Made by a program: the position numbers and the translations under genes. A model generated the notes under the pieces. It worked only from the letters and a program-made list of their open reading frames with translations, was not told the DNA's origin and did no database searches. A stretch of 62,434 bases of DNA, the filler included, from the NCBI GenBank assembly GCA_964501035.1. It is 31 parts of 31 records of this genome, joined end to end, with 100 filler letters (N's around TTAATTAATTAA, not from the genome) between each part and the next. Parts side by side here need not be neighbours in the genome. Positions count along the whole stretch, not along the records: positions 1 to 2,261 come from CAZCRK010000128.1; positions 2,362 to 4,611 come from CAZCRK010000129.1; positions 4,712 to 6,925 come from CAZCRK010000130.1; positions 7,026 to 9,228 come from CAZCRK010000131.1; 27 more parts are not named here. The stretch is one strand, 5' to 3'. Positions 1 through 9,328 of this stretch are shown piece by piece. Each line of letters starts with the position of its first letter. The first letter of the stretch is position 1.

Positions 1-167
1 AGTGAAGGGTGTTATTGAAAGTCTATAAAGTAAACACACTTTTCACTTTCAACTTGATTACTTGTTTACTTTGCTACTGAGTTAAGTTTGAATAGTGATG
101 AATAGCAACTAACTAAAGAACAGTACACAATTTAAAAGTTTAAATACTGTACTGATGAGGAGGAAAT

Positions 168-200
168 CAACCCCTGGTGAAAACTGGGGGTTGTGTGTTT
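168..200 (+). terminator. Stem-loop, probable intrinsic terminator or 3' end of a small RNA
   Basis: CAACCCCTGGT-GAAA-ACTGGGGGTTG is an 11-bp stem with two G-U pairs and a GNRA loop, followed by TGTGTTT. Confidence 0.5.
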
Positions 201-292
201 CTGTAACACCTTGTAACGTGCATTAAAATCTTTTGTTGAAAGAAGATATTCAAGTCTAAATTAAGTCATTAATTCTAAGAGGGATTCTATCT

Positions 293-2185
293 ATGAAACA
301 GGGACTTTTTTTAATCTTCATAACTCTTCAACTTGGGTTTGCACAACACGATGCTACGTGTAGCCACCTCAAAACAACTCGAACACTTATTGAACATGCA
401 CAAGAACCCACACGAAATCAATTGGATATTGATGTGCATTATTATGATATAGATTTAGAAATATTTCCAAACTCGGAAACCATTTCGGGTAGTGTGGAAG
501 TATATTTTACAGCAGTGGTTCCAAATGTCCAAACCTTAGATGTTGATTTAACCGAATCATTATCAATCTCATCCATTACTCAAAATGGTGAAAATCTCAA
601 CTATTTTCATCAGAATAATTTATTATCTATATCCTTGAATGAATCCTTAAATGTTGGTGAATCCGCTCAGGTTAATATATCCTACAGTGGAGCACCACCA
701 TCTTCAGGATTTGGTGCATTTGGTTTTAGTAGTGCGTATGGGGAAGATATGATTTGGACACTCAGCGAACCCTATGGTGCTCGCAATTGGTGGCCATGTA
801 AAGATACTCCTACCGACAAGGCAGATTCGGTCGATATTAGCATAACCGTGCCAGAACATTTAATTGTTGCCTCCAATGGACTTTTGGTAAATGTGGAAGA
901 TAATAATTCACATAAGACATATCATTGGGAAGAGCGATATCCCATAACCACCTATTTAGTATCGCTCGCAATATATCCCTATACGGTTTTTTATGATTGG
1001 TTCCACTATGGAGAAAATGATTCCATGCGCTTGGATTATTATGTGTATCCGCAAAATTATTCCAATGCATACCCCAATTATATGCTCACCAAGGATATGT
1101 TGGCTGGATTTTCAGAACGATTTGGATTGTATCCGTTTATTGAAGAAAAATATGGACATGCAGATTTTGTTTGGGGTGGAGGAATGGAACATCAAACCAT
1201 ATCCAGTATGGGAGGTACATCTCAATATTTAATATCCCATGAATTGGGTCATCAATGGTGGGGTGATATGGTAACATGTGCAAATTTTCATCATATTTGG
1301 TTAAACGAAGGCTTTGCAACTTATAGCCAAGCAATGTGGTATGAAATTCGTGATAATAGTTTGACTTCGTTACATAATGAGATGGCAAACAAAGTGTATT
1401 ATGGTGCTGGTAGTATTTATGTTTCAGATACAACAAATGTAAATGCCATATTCAATAGCAATTTATCCTATAACAAAGCATCATGGGTATTGCACATGTT
1501 ACGTCATATTATGGGTGATGACGCATTTTTTTCCGGATTACGTGAGTATGGTGACCAATATCGGTTTTCATCTGCAGTCACTGAACAATTTACCGAAGTA
1601 ATGTCCTCGGTTCATGGACAGGATTTATCACCGTTTATCAATCGATGGATTTATGGCCAATATTATCCACAGTATGAATCGACACCTTCATTTAATATAA
1701 ATGAGGATGGGTCATATCAAGTAGAAGTGATGATAACTCAAAATCAATCATCTGAAATATTCCCTATGCCTGTGGATATATTATTGGAAACGGTGGATGG
1801 TTCAATCACTTTTGTGGCGGATGTGACTGAGAACAATCAAACTTTTTCATTTGAAGTAAATTCGCAACCCTTATCGGCATCGTTAGACCCTGATAGATGG
1901 ATACTTCGTACCGTGAATAATGGAGATTTTGAATTTGTTTATGGGTGTACAGAACCCAATGCAACCAATTATAACCCCAATGCAAATGTAGATGATGGAT
2001 CTTGTGTCACTGCAGATTATGGCGATGTAAATGCAGATGGCACCATTGATATTCTGGATATTGTTATTGTTGTTAATATCATTTTGGGACTAGAACCTAC
2101 CATAGGTAATGCGGATGTAAACACCGATGGAATTGTTAATATTCAAGATATTATCATTATGGTAAATTGGATTATAGGGGGATAG
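293..2185 (+). CDS. Secreted M1-family zinc aminopeptidase with C-terminal dockerin
   Basis: Signal peptide, GGMEH motif, HELGH...NEGFA (HExxH-18-E), a GCT.PNA.NYNP.A..DDGSC repeat and duplicated GDVNADGTIDILDI / ADVNTDGIVNIQDI dockerin loops. Confidence 0.93.
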   Translation: MKQGLFLIFITLQLGFAQHDATCSHLKTTRTLIEHAQEPTRNQLDIDVHYYDIDLEIFPNSETISGSVEVYFTAVVPNVQTLDVDLTESLSISSITQNGENLNYFHQNNLLSISLNESLNVGESAQVNISYSGAPPSSGFGAFGFSSAYGEDMIWTLSEPYGARNWWPCKDTPTDKADSVDISITVPEHLIVASNGLLVNVEDNNSHKTYHWEERYPITTYLVSLAIYPYTVFYDWFHYGENDSMRLDYYVYPQNYSNAYPNYMLTKDMLAGFSERFGLYPFIEEKYGHADFVWGGGMEHQTISSMGGTSQYLISHELGHQWWGDMVTCANFHHIWLNEGFATYSQAMWYEIRDNSLTSLHNEMANKVYYGAGSIYVSDTTNVNAIFNSNLSYNKASWVLHMLRHIMGDDAFFSGLREYGDQYRFSSAVTEQFTEVMSSVHGQDLSPFINRWIYGQYYPQYESTPSFNINEDGSYQVEVMITQNQSSEIFPMPVDILLETVDGSITFVADVTENNQTFSFEVNSQPLSASLDPDRWILRTVNNGDFEFVYGCTEPNATNYNPNANVDDGSCVTADYGDVNADGTIDILDIVIVVNIILGLEPTIGNADVNTDGIVNIQDIIIMVNWIIGG

Positions 2186-2200
2186 TTGGTATTAAATGTT

Positions 2201-2235
2201 AATCCTTTCAAAGGTTTCAAACCTTTGAAAGGGTT
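2201..2235. repeat. REP-like palindrome
   Basis: CCTTTCAAAGGTTT-C-AAACCTTTGAAAGG: perfect 14-bp arms 16 nt after the stop codon, with no U-tract. Confidence 0.6.
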
Positions 2236-2261
2236 TGCTGGAAACTAAGCTATTGGGTCTA

Positions 2262-2361
2262 NNNNNNNNNNNNNNNNNNNNNNNNNNNNNNNNNNNNNNN
2301 NNNNNTTAATTAATTAANNNNNNNNNNNNNNNNNNNNNNNNNNNNNNNNNNNNNNNNNNNN
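2262..2361. other. Artificial contig-joining linker (first of 30; N-run + TTAATTAATTAA + N-run, 100 nt)
   Basis: The same stop-in-all-frames spacer recurs 30 times. Contigs are 1-2261, 2362-4611, 4712-6925, 7026-9228, 9329-11516, 11617-13761, 13862-15959, 16060-18155, 18256-20333, 20434-22484, 22585-24625, 24726-26735, 26836-28815, 28916-30890, 30991-32896, 32997-34892, 34993-36872, 36973-38835, 38936-40773, 40874-42702, 42803-44626, 44727-46540, 46641-48442, 48543-50276, 50377-52084, 52185-53856, 53957-55611, 55712-57343, 57444-59066, 59167-60751, 60852-62434, in strictly decreasing length. Confidence 0.99.
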
Positions 2362-2450
2362 TTATCTCGTTCTTCAACCAAATCAATGATTTTACCCGTT
2401 CTTTTGGAATTTACTTCCACTATTTTGTCACCTATATTATATCCGCTCAT
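2362..2450 (-). CDS. Phage hypothetical protein, 5' fragment (SH3/KOW-like start)
   Basis: MSGYNIGDKIVEVNSKRTGKIIDLVEERD runs into the contig end; ATGA overlap with the upstream gene. Confidence 0.55.
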
Positions 2451-2830
2451 CTTGGTACTCCTGTTAGTTGTTCAAAGTAAGTTATTTTATTTATTGGAAT
2501 TTGAATCCACGAACCACCTCTCCACTCTTCACCATTCATATCCCAAACAACGATTATTCCACTTTCATATTCATAGTCTATCCAGTCGTTGGATTTATCA
2601 ACCTCAATCCAGTCTTTTCTGAGGGTGCATGATTTTATGTGTTTTTTTCCAGAGTCGTCCACATATTTAATTTCACAGATACCCTCTTTAAGAGATTCAT
2701 AAAGTCTAGACCTTGATGTCTTATTAATATTTAATATTTTTGTGGGGCCGGCAACATGTACCTTTTTAACAAACCCGTTATTTTTATTTTTTGTTGTGGT
2801 CATAGGTTTTGAAGTTCCATATACTGACAA
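2447..2830 (-). CDS. Phage SH3 beta-barrel / DUF2693 (WYL_2)-like protein
   Basis: LKEGICEIKYVDDSGKKHIKSCTL...IVVWDMNGEEWR matches the pattern of this family in T4-like and large phages. The true start may be the ATG at 2803. Confidence 0.65.
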   Translation of the reverse strand: MSVYGTSKPMTTTKNKNNGFVKKVHVAGPTKILNINKTSRSRLYESLKEGICEIKYVDDSGKKHIKSCTLRKDWIEVDKSNDWIDYEYESGIIVVWDMNGEEWRGGSWIQIPINKITYFEQLTGVPR

Positions 2831-3123
2831 TAACTACAAATATTACCGCATTTCTTTTCATATTTTGTACAATCTGACAGATTTCTGCCCGCACAATCAA
2901 TATGATAGTCTGCATCAAATTTATTTTTAGCAAATGATATGATTTTTAATAAATCAGGTAGTTTAACATCGTCTACAGCACAATCAGTTTTAGTACCCAT
3001 AGTTTTTTCAGAAATACCATATTTTTCTAAACAGTTGGTTTCAAAAAATCTATTTCGAACATCTTCTGAGGAGAAAGACAAGATTACTGATGCCTTTCTA
3101 TTTTGCAATTTATTTATTTGCAT
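2800..3123 (-). CDS. Phage hypothetical protein, Cys-rich C-terminus
   Basis: Tightly packed co-directional ORF; C-terminal CAG..C..KCGNICSYC could bind Zn. Confidence 0.6.
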   Translation of the reverse strand: MQINKLQNRKASVILSFSSEDVRNRFFETNCLEKYGISEKTMGTKTDCAVDDVKLPDLLKIISFAKNKFDADYHIDCAGRNLSDCTKYEKKCGNICSYCQYMELQNL

Positions 3124-3128
3124 ATCTA

Positions 3129-3404
3129 TTAATAACCACCTTCAAATTCATTTTTACCCATAATGCTAATCAATTCATTGTTAATTGACTTTTTGAGATT
3201 AACTAACAGTTGTGTTTCTTCGTCAGAAAACATGTCTGATGAATGTTCAGTGGCTAGATTAACAATCAATATGTCAGCAGAATATAGTGCACCCATTTTT
3301 TGTTCGATTGGTAGATCGTGAAAATATCCATTATCAATTTTGTTATTGAGTTCTATTAAAACTTCAATTGCAGTTGAGATTTCAAGTGTGCTTTTTGTCA
3401 TCAT
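3129..3404 (-). CDS. Phage hypothetical protein (helical)
   Basis: Co-directional ORF with an AAGGA-like RBS upstream. Confidence 0.6.
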   Translation of the reverse strand: MMTKSTLEISTAIEVLIELNNKIDNGYFHDLPIEQKMGALYSADILIVNLATEHSSDMFSDEETQLLVNLKKSINNELISIMGKNEFEGGY

Positions 3405-3419
3405 GATATAAAATCCTTT

Positions 3420-3824
3420 TTATAGTTGTTCAAGCATTTCGGGTTCAAATACAAATATCTCATCGTTGGTCATTGTTGTTTCACTATCATTATCATCATC
3501 CTCTATTACCAAGATCATGTCTGTTAGTGGTGATTCACCAGTAAATTTTTCAACAACTTCTGGAATAGTGTATACACCTTGTCGTGCACGTCTATCATGG
3601 TCTTTAACAATCCAGTTTGGGACATCATCGTTGTCCTTGAAACTAAGAGATATTGCTTTAAGTTGTTTTCTTGAGAAGGTCATATCTGTTAAGTCGATAC
3701 CAACCGCTTGACCGAATTCTAAAATCCTATCAACGTATGCTTTTCTTGCTTCTGTTAAATTATCATATGTCCAGTCTGGACTTACATCATCAAAATTATA
3801 GTGCGAATTATTATTTAAATTCAT
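3420..3824 (-). CDS. Phage hypothetical protein resembling the N-terminal domain of phage CobS/MoxR-like AAA proteins
   Basis: FSRKQL...VPNWIVKDHDRRARQGVYTIP motif and acidic tail; AAGGAG RBS. Confidence 0.5.
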   Translation of the reverse strand: MNLNNNSHYNFDDVSPDWTYDNLTEARKAYVDRILEFGQAVGIDLTDMTFSRKQLKAISLSFKDNDDVPNWIVKDHDRRARQGVYTIPEVVEKFTGESPLTDMILVIEDDDNDSETTMTNDEIFVFEPEMLEQL

Positions 3825-4095
3825 TTGTTTCTCCTTTTTTTAGAAACTTATTATCTTTCGCTTCCACAGTAGAAGCAACAATAAAATCAACCACGTTGTT
3901 TATTGTTTTGAAATCCGTCTCATTATTAATAGCAATTTTGAATTCTTGTTCAATCTGAAATACCAAATCTAACATATCTAAACTATCTAAATTTAAATCA
4001 TTAATCAAGTCTGATTCTAAATTTATTGAGTCATTAATAAAGAATGATTCCGATAAGATGTTTACTACTTTATTTTTTATTTCAGATTTATCCAT
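3811..4095 (-). CDS. acpP: Acyl carrier protein (phage-encoded)
   Basis: DLNLDSLDMLDLVFQIEQEFKI carries the phosphopantetheine Ser motif; TINNVVDFI helix IV; acidic, 94 aa. Confidence 0.88.
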   Translation of the reverse strand: MDKSEIKNKVVNILSESFFINDSINLESDLINDLNLDSLDMLDLVFQIEQEFKIAINNETDFKTINNVVDFIVASTVEAKDNKFLKKGETNEFK

Positions 4096-4118
4096 TTCTT
4101 TTCTGTTTATATCTTTGT

Positions 4119-4147
4119 ATTATATCATAAAGGCATATGCCTGTCAA
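4119..4147 (-). promoter_or_regulatory. Perfect-consensus sigma70 promoter (phage early type) with palindromic spacer
   Basis: Minus strand TTGACA(4147-4142)-17 nt-TATAAT(4124-4119) with extended -10 TG; AGGCATATGCCT (4131-4142) is a perfect 12-bp palindrome. Confidence 0.85.
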
Positions 4148-4611
4148 ATCACCGATTTCAAATGAGGAATATTCTTCAAATCTAATTTGTTAAATCCGTT
4201 TTGTACATATGCGTTCCAAAAGATTCTACCATCATCTGGTGAGCAGAATTCAACCTTACCAGATGAATGTTCAAATCGCAGGACATCTATCTGCGACCAG
4301 TTCTGTACTGTGATTACCATATTACCGTTTTTGAGATGGTATATGTCAGTTGGTTGTTCACCGTTGGAAAATATCCATTCTTTGGCGATACTTTTTTTAA
4401 TTTCCCCATAAGTACCAACAATCATCTTCCGTTTGTTGAGTTCCCCATATACGACATCTTCATCACCAGATGGGTGAGTTACGAGTATATCGTATGGCAG
4501 CCACCAACAATGGCCTTTCGCATCCCACCTTGCACCGAAATTCTTCGCCCATTCTTTTTCATCATAGAGAACAGCAAGTTTTAATCCGTCATATACGCAA
4601 GGTTTGGTATA
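4144..4611 (-). CDS. DUF5710-domain protein (5'-truncated; longer than the ORF-track call)
   Basis: The frame is open to the contig end: ...LAVLYDEKEWAKNFGARWDAKGHCWWLP... matches the EK..AK..GARWD...W DUF5710 signature. Confidence 0.7.
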   Translation of the reverse strand, partial: YTKPCVYDGLKLAVLYDEKEWAKNFGARWDAKGHCWWLPYDILVTHPSGDEDVVYGELNKRKMIVGTYGEIKKSIAKEWIFSNGEQPTDIYHLKNGNMVITVQNWSQIDVLRFEHSSGKVEFCSPDDGRIFWNAYVQNGFNKLDLKNIPHLKSVI

Positions 4612-4711
4612 NNNNNNNNNNNNNNNNNNNNNNNNNNNNNNNNNNNNNNNNNNNNTTAATTAATTAANNNNNNNNNNNNNNNNNNNNNNNNNNNNNNNNN
4701 NNNNNNNNNNN

Positions 4712-5145
4712 CTGGATGGGATATGGACTCAAATGAATCCACCATTATTCTGTACAGTCAGGATGGCTCACATCTGGAAGACAGCAGATTATTTAGCTAT
4801 GATGGTGATATGAGTATAGAGAGCAGCATCTTTGCAGACTGGCATGGCAGTTCTATTAGCTCAAAAGAAATGCTGCTCCCAAGAGACTATAGCCTGGAGA
4901 GTGCCTACCCAAATCCCTTTAACCCGGTAACTAATATTGGTTTTGCACTGCCAGAAGATGGCTATGTAACCATCTCTATCTATGATCTTCAGGGCAGACA
5001 GGTAGCAGAGCTTGTAAATGGAAATAAGGTGGCAGGTTTTTATAAACTATCTTGGAATGCTGCTAGCGAGGCAAGTGGTATTTATTTTGTACGAATGCAG
5101 GCAGAAAATTATGTTAGTGATCAGAAAATTATGCTGGTGAAATGA
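4712..5145 (+). CDS. Secreted protein C-terminus with T9SS-type sorting / FlgD-Ig domain (5'-truncated)
   Basis: AYPNPFNPVTNIGF...IYDLQGRQV...SGIYFV...KIMLVK. Confidence 0.85.
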
Positions 5146-6925
5146 TGAATTTGCGACTAATTATATTACCGATATTGTTTGCATTTATATATGCAGATAA
5201 TACGCTTTCGCTCGAAAATGCAGGTGGGGGAGATTGGTATGTTAATTATACCAGTGATGAAGATATGGCGGGGTTCCAGTTCAATGTTTCCGGCGCTACT
5301 ATTATAGAAGCCTATGGAGGTGATGCCTCTGAAGCTGATTTTGTATTGTCAACATCAAGCACCATGTTAATAGGCGTGTCATTGACAGGTACAACTATCC
5401 CTGCTGGTGATGGTATACTAGTTGTACTAAATCTTGCAGGAGCACCCTCAAGTTTAACCAATATTATAATCTCAGATTCGATTGGAGAATCTATTGATTT
5501 TACATTTGAAGAAACTATCAATGATCTAGAAAATATTACAGATGGTTGTGATTTGCCTGATTATTATATGTATTTAGCAGATGATGGGTCATTATATTAT
5601 AAATCTTCTGAAGAGATAGGAGGCTTCCAATTTAATATAGAAGGAGCTACAATAAATGAAGTGTATGGCGGTGCTGCAGAAGATGCCGGTTTTACAATTC
5701 AGGTAGGTGGTAATATGGTACTGGGGGTTTCACTTAGTGGTACTACTATTTCAGCGGGATGTGGTACGTTGTTGATAATGGAATTGGAAGGAGATGAGCC
5801 AGTTTTATCAGGTCTTATTGTTTCTGACCCTGTAGGCAGTGAGATTGATTTCACTATCTGTGATAATTGTGATAATGTAAATGATAATGATTACAATAGT
5901 GCCGGCTGTGATTTACCTGATATGCATCTCTATTTAAATAATGATGGTTCTGTTGCGTATAATTCTTCTGAATCCATTGCAGGGTTCCAGTTTAATGTTG
6001 ATGGCGGTGTTATTTTAGATGCCTATGGAGGAGCAGCATCAGAGGCCGAATTTATGATAAGTACATCAAATAATTTCATAATGGGATTCTCAATGACAGG
6101 AAACTTAATTTCTCCTGGCTGTGGGATTCTTGTTAATCTTGAAATAGATGGGAGTGCAACTGGTCTTTCAAACCTTGTATTTGCAGATGCAATTGGCAAT
6201 GCCCTTGACTTTTCGTATAATCCAAGCCCTGAAATTGCAGGATGTATGGATTCCACTGCATGTAATTATAATTCCCTTGCCATTGAGGATAATGGAACGT
6301 GTACCTATGCAGAAGAAAATTATGATTGTTATGGAAATTGCATGATAGAAGAAGATTGCTTAGGTGAATGCGGCGGATTAGCTGTTGTAGATGAATGTGG
6401 CGAATGTAATGGTGATGGAATTCCAGATGGAGACTGTGATTGTTTTGGAAACCAGGAAGATTGCAACAATACCATCAGCTTAGAACATTTAGGTGATAAT
6501 ATCTGGAATGTGAACTATTTTAGCTATGAACCCATTGCAGGTTTCCAATTTAATGTAGAAGGGGCAGTATTAAACTCTGCTTCAGGTGGAGCTGCAGAAG
6601 CATATGAATTTGAGATTGCTACAAATAGCTCAATGGTATTTTCTTTTTCTTTAACTGGAGCGATAATTCCATCTGGGGGAGGGGTATTAGTTTCATTAGA
6701 TCTAACAGGAACGCCAACGGGCCTAGCTGGAATAATAATTTCCAACCCTTATGGAGAAGCGATTGATTTTATATATTATGGTGTGCCGGGATGTGCAGAT
6801 AGTTTAGCTTGTAATTATAGTGCTGGTGCAACGATAGATGATGGCAGCTGTGAATATGCGCAGGAAAATTATGACTGTGAAGACAATTGTGTGATTGAAC
6901 TAGATTGCGCTGGTGAATGCGGTGG
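5142..6925 (+). CDS. Secreted acidic repeat protein with four cohesin-like 'GFQFN' modules and Cys-rich repeats (3'-truncated)
   Basis: Signal peptide; four copies of Y.S.E.IAGFQFNV.GA.I....GGAA....F......G.SL.G..I..G.G.L; GCMDSTACNY and DC.GECGG repeats. Confidence 0.8.
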
Positions 6926-7025
6926 NNNNNNNNNNNNNNNNNNNNNNNNNNNNNNNNNNNNNNNNNNNNTTAATTAATTAANNNNNNNNNNNNNNNNNNN
7001 NNNNNNNNNNNNNNNNNNNNNNNNN

Positions 7026-7915
7026 TTAATCTCTTGGTCTGCAACAAATGCAGATTTATACTGATAATCTGCAATAATTAATACTGCTTGAGGAATAGAA
7101 TTTTTATCGACAACCTCATACAATTTATCGTAGATCTTACGATATACAGATGCAGGATCATTATCAACATTTGATGTTACCCATTGTCGCATATTTGGAA
7201 AGTTCTTTTCTCTTAGAGCCGAAACCAATGCATTAAGATTTAATTCTCCTATATTTGCAAGAATGCCCGAATCGATTTGACCAGATGTAGAATATCGTTG
7301 CATTTCATTTAACATTCTCCTAAAATCTGGAAAATGTTTATTGATCAGTTCAACAATAACTCTTTTATCATATTCGATATTTTCACTTTTCAGAATATGA
7401 TCACATCTATTCAAAAATGCATTTGCAATTTCTGGTTTTTCACTTTTTGGTGAAGTGAAATCCACTACTGCACATCTTGAATGAATGGGCTCGATTATAC
7501 GATTCTTGTAATTACAAGTGAATATAAAAGAACAATTCTCCGTAAACTTTTCTATGAATCCACGCATTGCTGGTTGAACCGAATCTGGATTCATATAGTC
7601 TGCCTCATCAATAATCACAACTTTTCTACCACCTTTTAAGGAAATAGTAGAACAAAATTGTGTCATTTTAGTTCTGAGAGTGTCAATCATTCTACCCTCA
7701 TCAGAACCATTGATGATAATATAATCGGAATTTGTCATGTCACAGATTGCCCTGGCCACAGTTGTTTTACCAACACCAGCAGGGCCCGTGAACATAAGAT
7801 TGGGAACTCGTTCTTCCTTAACTAGATCGTTAAGTGTTCCCTTGATTGTATTCGATAAGATACAATCATCGATGGTTTTAGGCCGATACTTTTCGACCCA
7901 CAAGAAATTATCCAT
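7026..7915 (-). CDS. T4-like phage clamp loader ATPase, gp44 (3'-truncated)
   Basis: LWVEKYRP, Walker A GPAGVGKT, DEAD, SRC motif; adjacent to gp45. Confidence 0.93.
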
Positions 7916-7945
7916 ATCAAAAAACCTTTCATGATGAAATTAAAC

Positions 7946-8617
7946 TTATCCCTCAAAAGTAGAATTCTGTTCAAGGGCAATCCAATACTGTAACGAATCT
8001 GTTGTTCTCTTGAAATGAGAAATTCGTTTGGATGATAGTTTCACTTCATAAGTACCTTCCATAATCTTATTCAAGTTTTCAGTCTTGAAGATCATTCGGA
8101 AAGTTTTATCGGTAGGGCCGACACCAGTTGAAAAACGATCTGAAGTTGTGTTTCCAGTATCGGACACAACTAAACGTGTTTCAGTACCATTACCTTCTAC
8201 AACTACTTCTGGAAGTCCAAGAGTGTTTGCAGCGTTAATGGTCTTTTTGAATACATCTTTTTCAAGAGTGAATTCAACATCTGGATCTGGAAAGGTTATA
8301 TCTTTCTCAGGCGGAGTTTGGAACATCGAACTACTCCCACAATATCGATATTGTGCTTCATGAGAAGTATCGGAAATAGTTACACCTTCTTCTGCAAAAT
8401 CCAAATCTGGATCATTAAACAAAGACAAAGTTCCAAGAAAACGATTTAATTCGTAAATTGGAAATGTCTTTGGGAATTCCTCACTAATCTCAACTGAGGC
8501 GAGAATAGTGTTTAGTGGAGAAACAGTCCTTAGAAGGTTTCCCTCACGAAATTCCAAACTTTGATTTATAGTAGCGTAATTTTTCAAAAACCCTACTGTA
8601 TTGTCACTTAACTTCAT
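7946..8617 (-). CDS. T4-like phage sliding clamp, gp45
   Basis: MKLSDNTVGFLKNYATINQS...FPIYELNRFL...YWIALE; start moved to 8617 behind an AAGGAG RBS. Confidence 0.92.
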   Translation of the reverse strand: MKLSDNTVGFLKNYATINQSLEFREGNLLRTVSPLNTILASVEISEEFPKTFPIYELNRFLGTLSLFNDPDLDFAEEGVTISDTSHEAQYRYCGSSSMFQTPPEKDITFPDPDVEFTLEKDVFKKTINAANTLGLPEVVVEGNGTETRLVVSDTGNTTSDRFSTGVGPTDKTFRMIFKTENLNKIMEGTYEVKLSSKRISHFKRTTDSLQYWIALEQNSTFEG

Positions 8618-8963
8618 CGTGTTCTCCTTGAGTTTCACGTTTATAAAAATTATCATGTAGGTATAACATAATAATAACATAATGAGCGACTTTTGTCAAG
8701 TCGTTTCTATTAAATCCACCCTTCTTACCATACCTTTGAGCGTATTTAATTATATTACCAATACAGAAACCTTCACCATGTCCTGCATCTGCAATAAACT
8801 CTGTAGATTGGACTTTATTCTGAGCATAATGAGAAGAATAAGTCTTGTCTATCGTATCCCATATTTCAGTTAAATATTTGTCCTCATCGAAAACATAATT
8901 AATTTTTTCGTAGTTTTCGTTTCTTCTTATTTTCTTGATTGATTTTTCGTCTTCGTTTTTCAA
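8604..8963 (-). CDS. DUF3310 / SaV-like phage protein
   Basis: Y.SHYA...Q..EFI...GHGEGFCIGNIIKYAQRYGKKGG...DL.K..HY motif. Confidence 0.75.
   Translation of the reverse strand: MKNEDEKSIKKIRRNENYEKINYVFDEDKYLTEIWDTIDKTYSSHYAQNKVQSTEFIADAGHGEGFCIGNIIKYAQRYGKKGGFNRNDLTKVAHYVIIMLYLHDNFYKRETQGEHDEVK
8671..8699 (-). promoter_or_regulatory. Internal sigma70-like promoter upstream of gp45
   Basis: TTGACA-17 nt-TATTAT (preceded by TG) inside the DUF3310 gene; same relative position as the promoter on the second gp45 contig. Confidence 0.5.
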
Positions 8964-9228
8964 AGTTTTTCACCCTTGTTTCATTGTCTATACCATGACC
9001 AGCAAAATCCAGATTGGCCAGACTTTGCATCGAACCACTAAAATTATATGAACCCATATGACTTATTTTCATCCATGGGCATAGATATATTTTGTAACCG
9101 ATTCTCCTTACAAACTGACAAAAGAAATAATCTTCTGAAAGATACCGATTACTTTCACCAGAAATATCACCCAAATAAGCCTTAGAATCAATCACAGTAT
9201 CAAAATATGCATGAATGTCTCTATCACC
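8899..9228 (-). CDS. Phage glycosyltransferase-like protein, C-terminal part (5'-truncated)
   Basis: HAYFDT.ID...RYLSEDYFFCQ..R.IG.KIYLCPWMKISHMG is a GT-A-like motif common in large phages. Confidence 0.65.
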   Translation of the reverse strand, partial: GDRDIHAYFDTVIDSKAYLGDISGESNRYLSEDYFFCQFVRRIGYKIYLCPWMKISHMGSYNFSGSMQSLANLDFAGHGIDNETRVKNFEKRRRKINQENKKKRKLRKN

Positions 9229-9328
9229 NNNNNNNNNNNNNNNNNNNNNNNNNNNNNNNNNNNNNNNNNNNNTTAATTAATTAANNNNNNNNNNNNNNNN
9301 NNNNNNNNNNNNNNNNNNNNNNNNNNNN

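Noticed and set aside
93..163. Fluoride-riboswitch-like layout (GTGATG...stem...CTGATGA)
   Set aside because: P1 is weak, the pseudoknot partners (GAATA vs GGAGG) do not pair and no fluoride-related gene follows.
121..166. CTGATGAG...GAAA as a hammerhead ribozyme
   Set aside because: No stem II between CUGAUGA and GAAA and no NUH cleavage triplet 5' of stem I.
7026..7915. Archaeal RFC small subunit
   Set aside because: The adjacent gp45-type clamp and DUF3310 gene indicate T4-like phage gp44.
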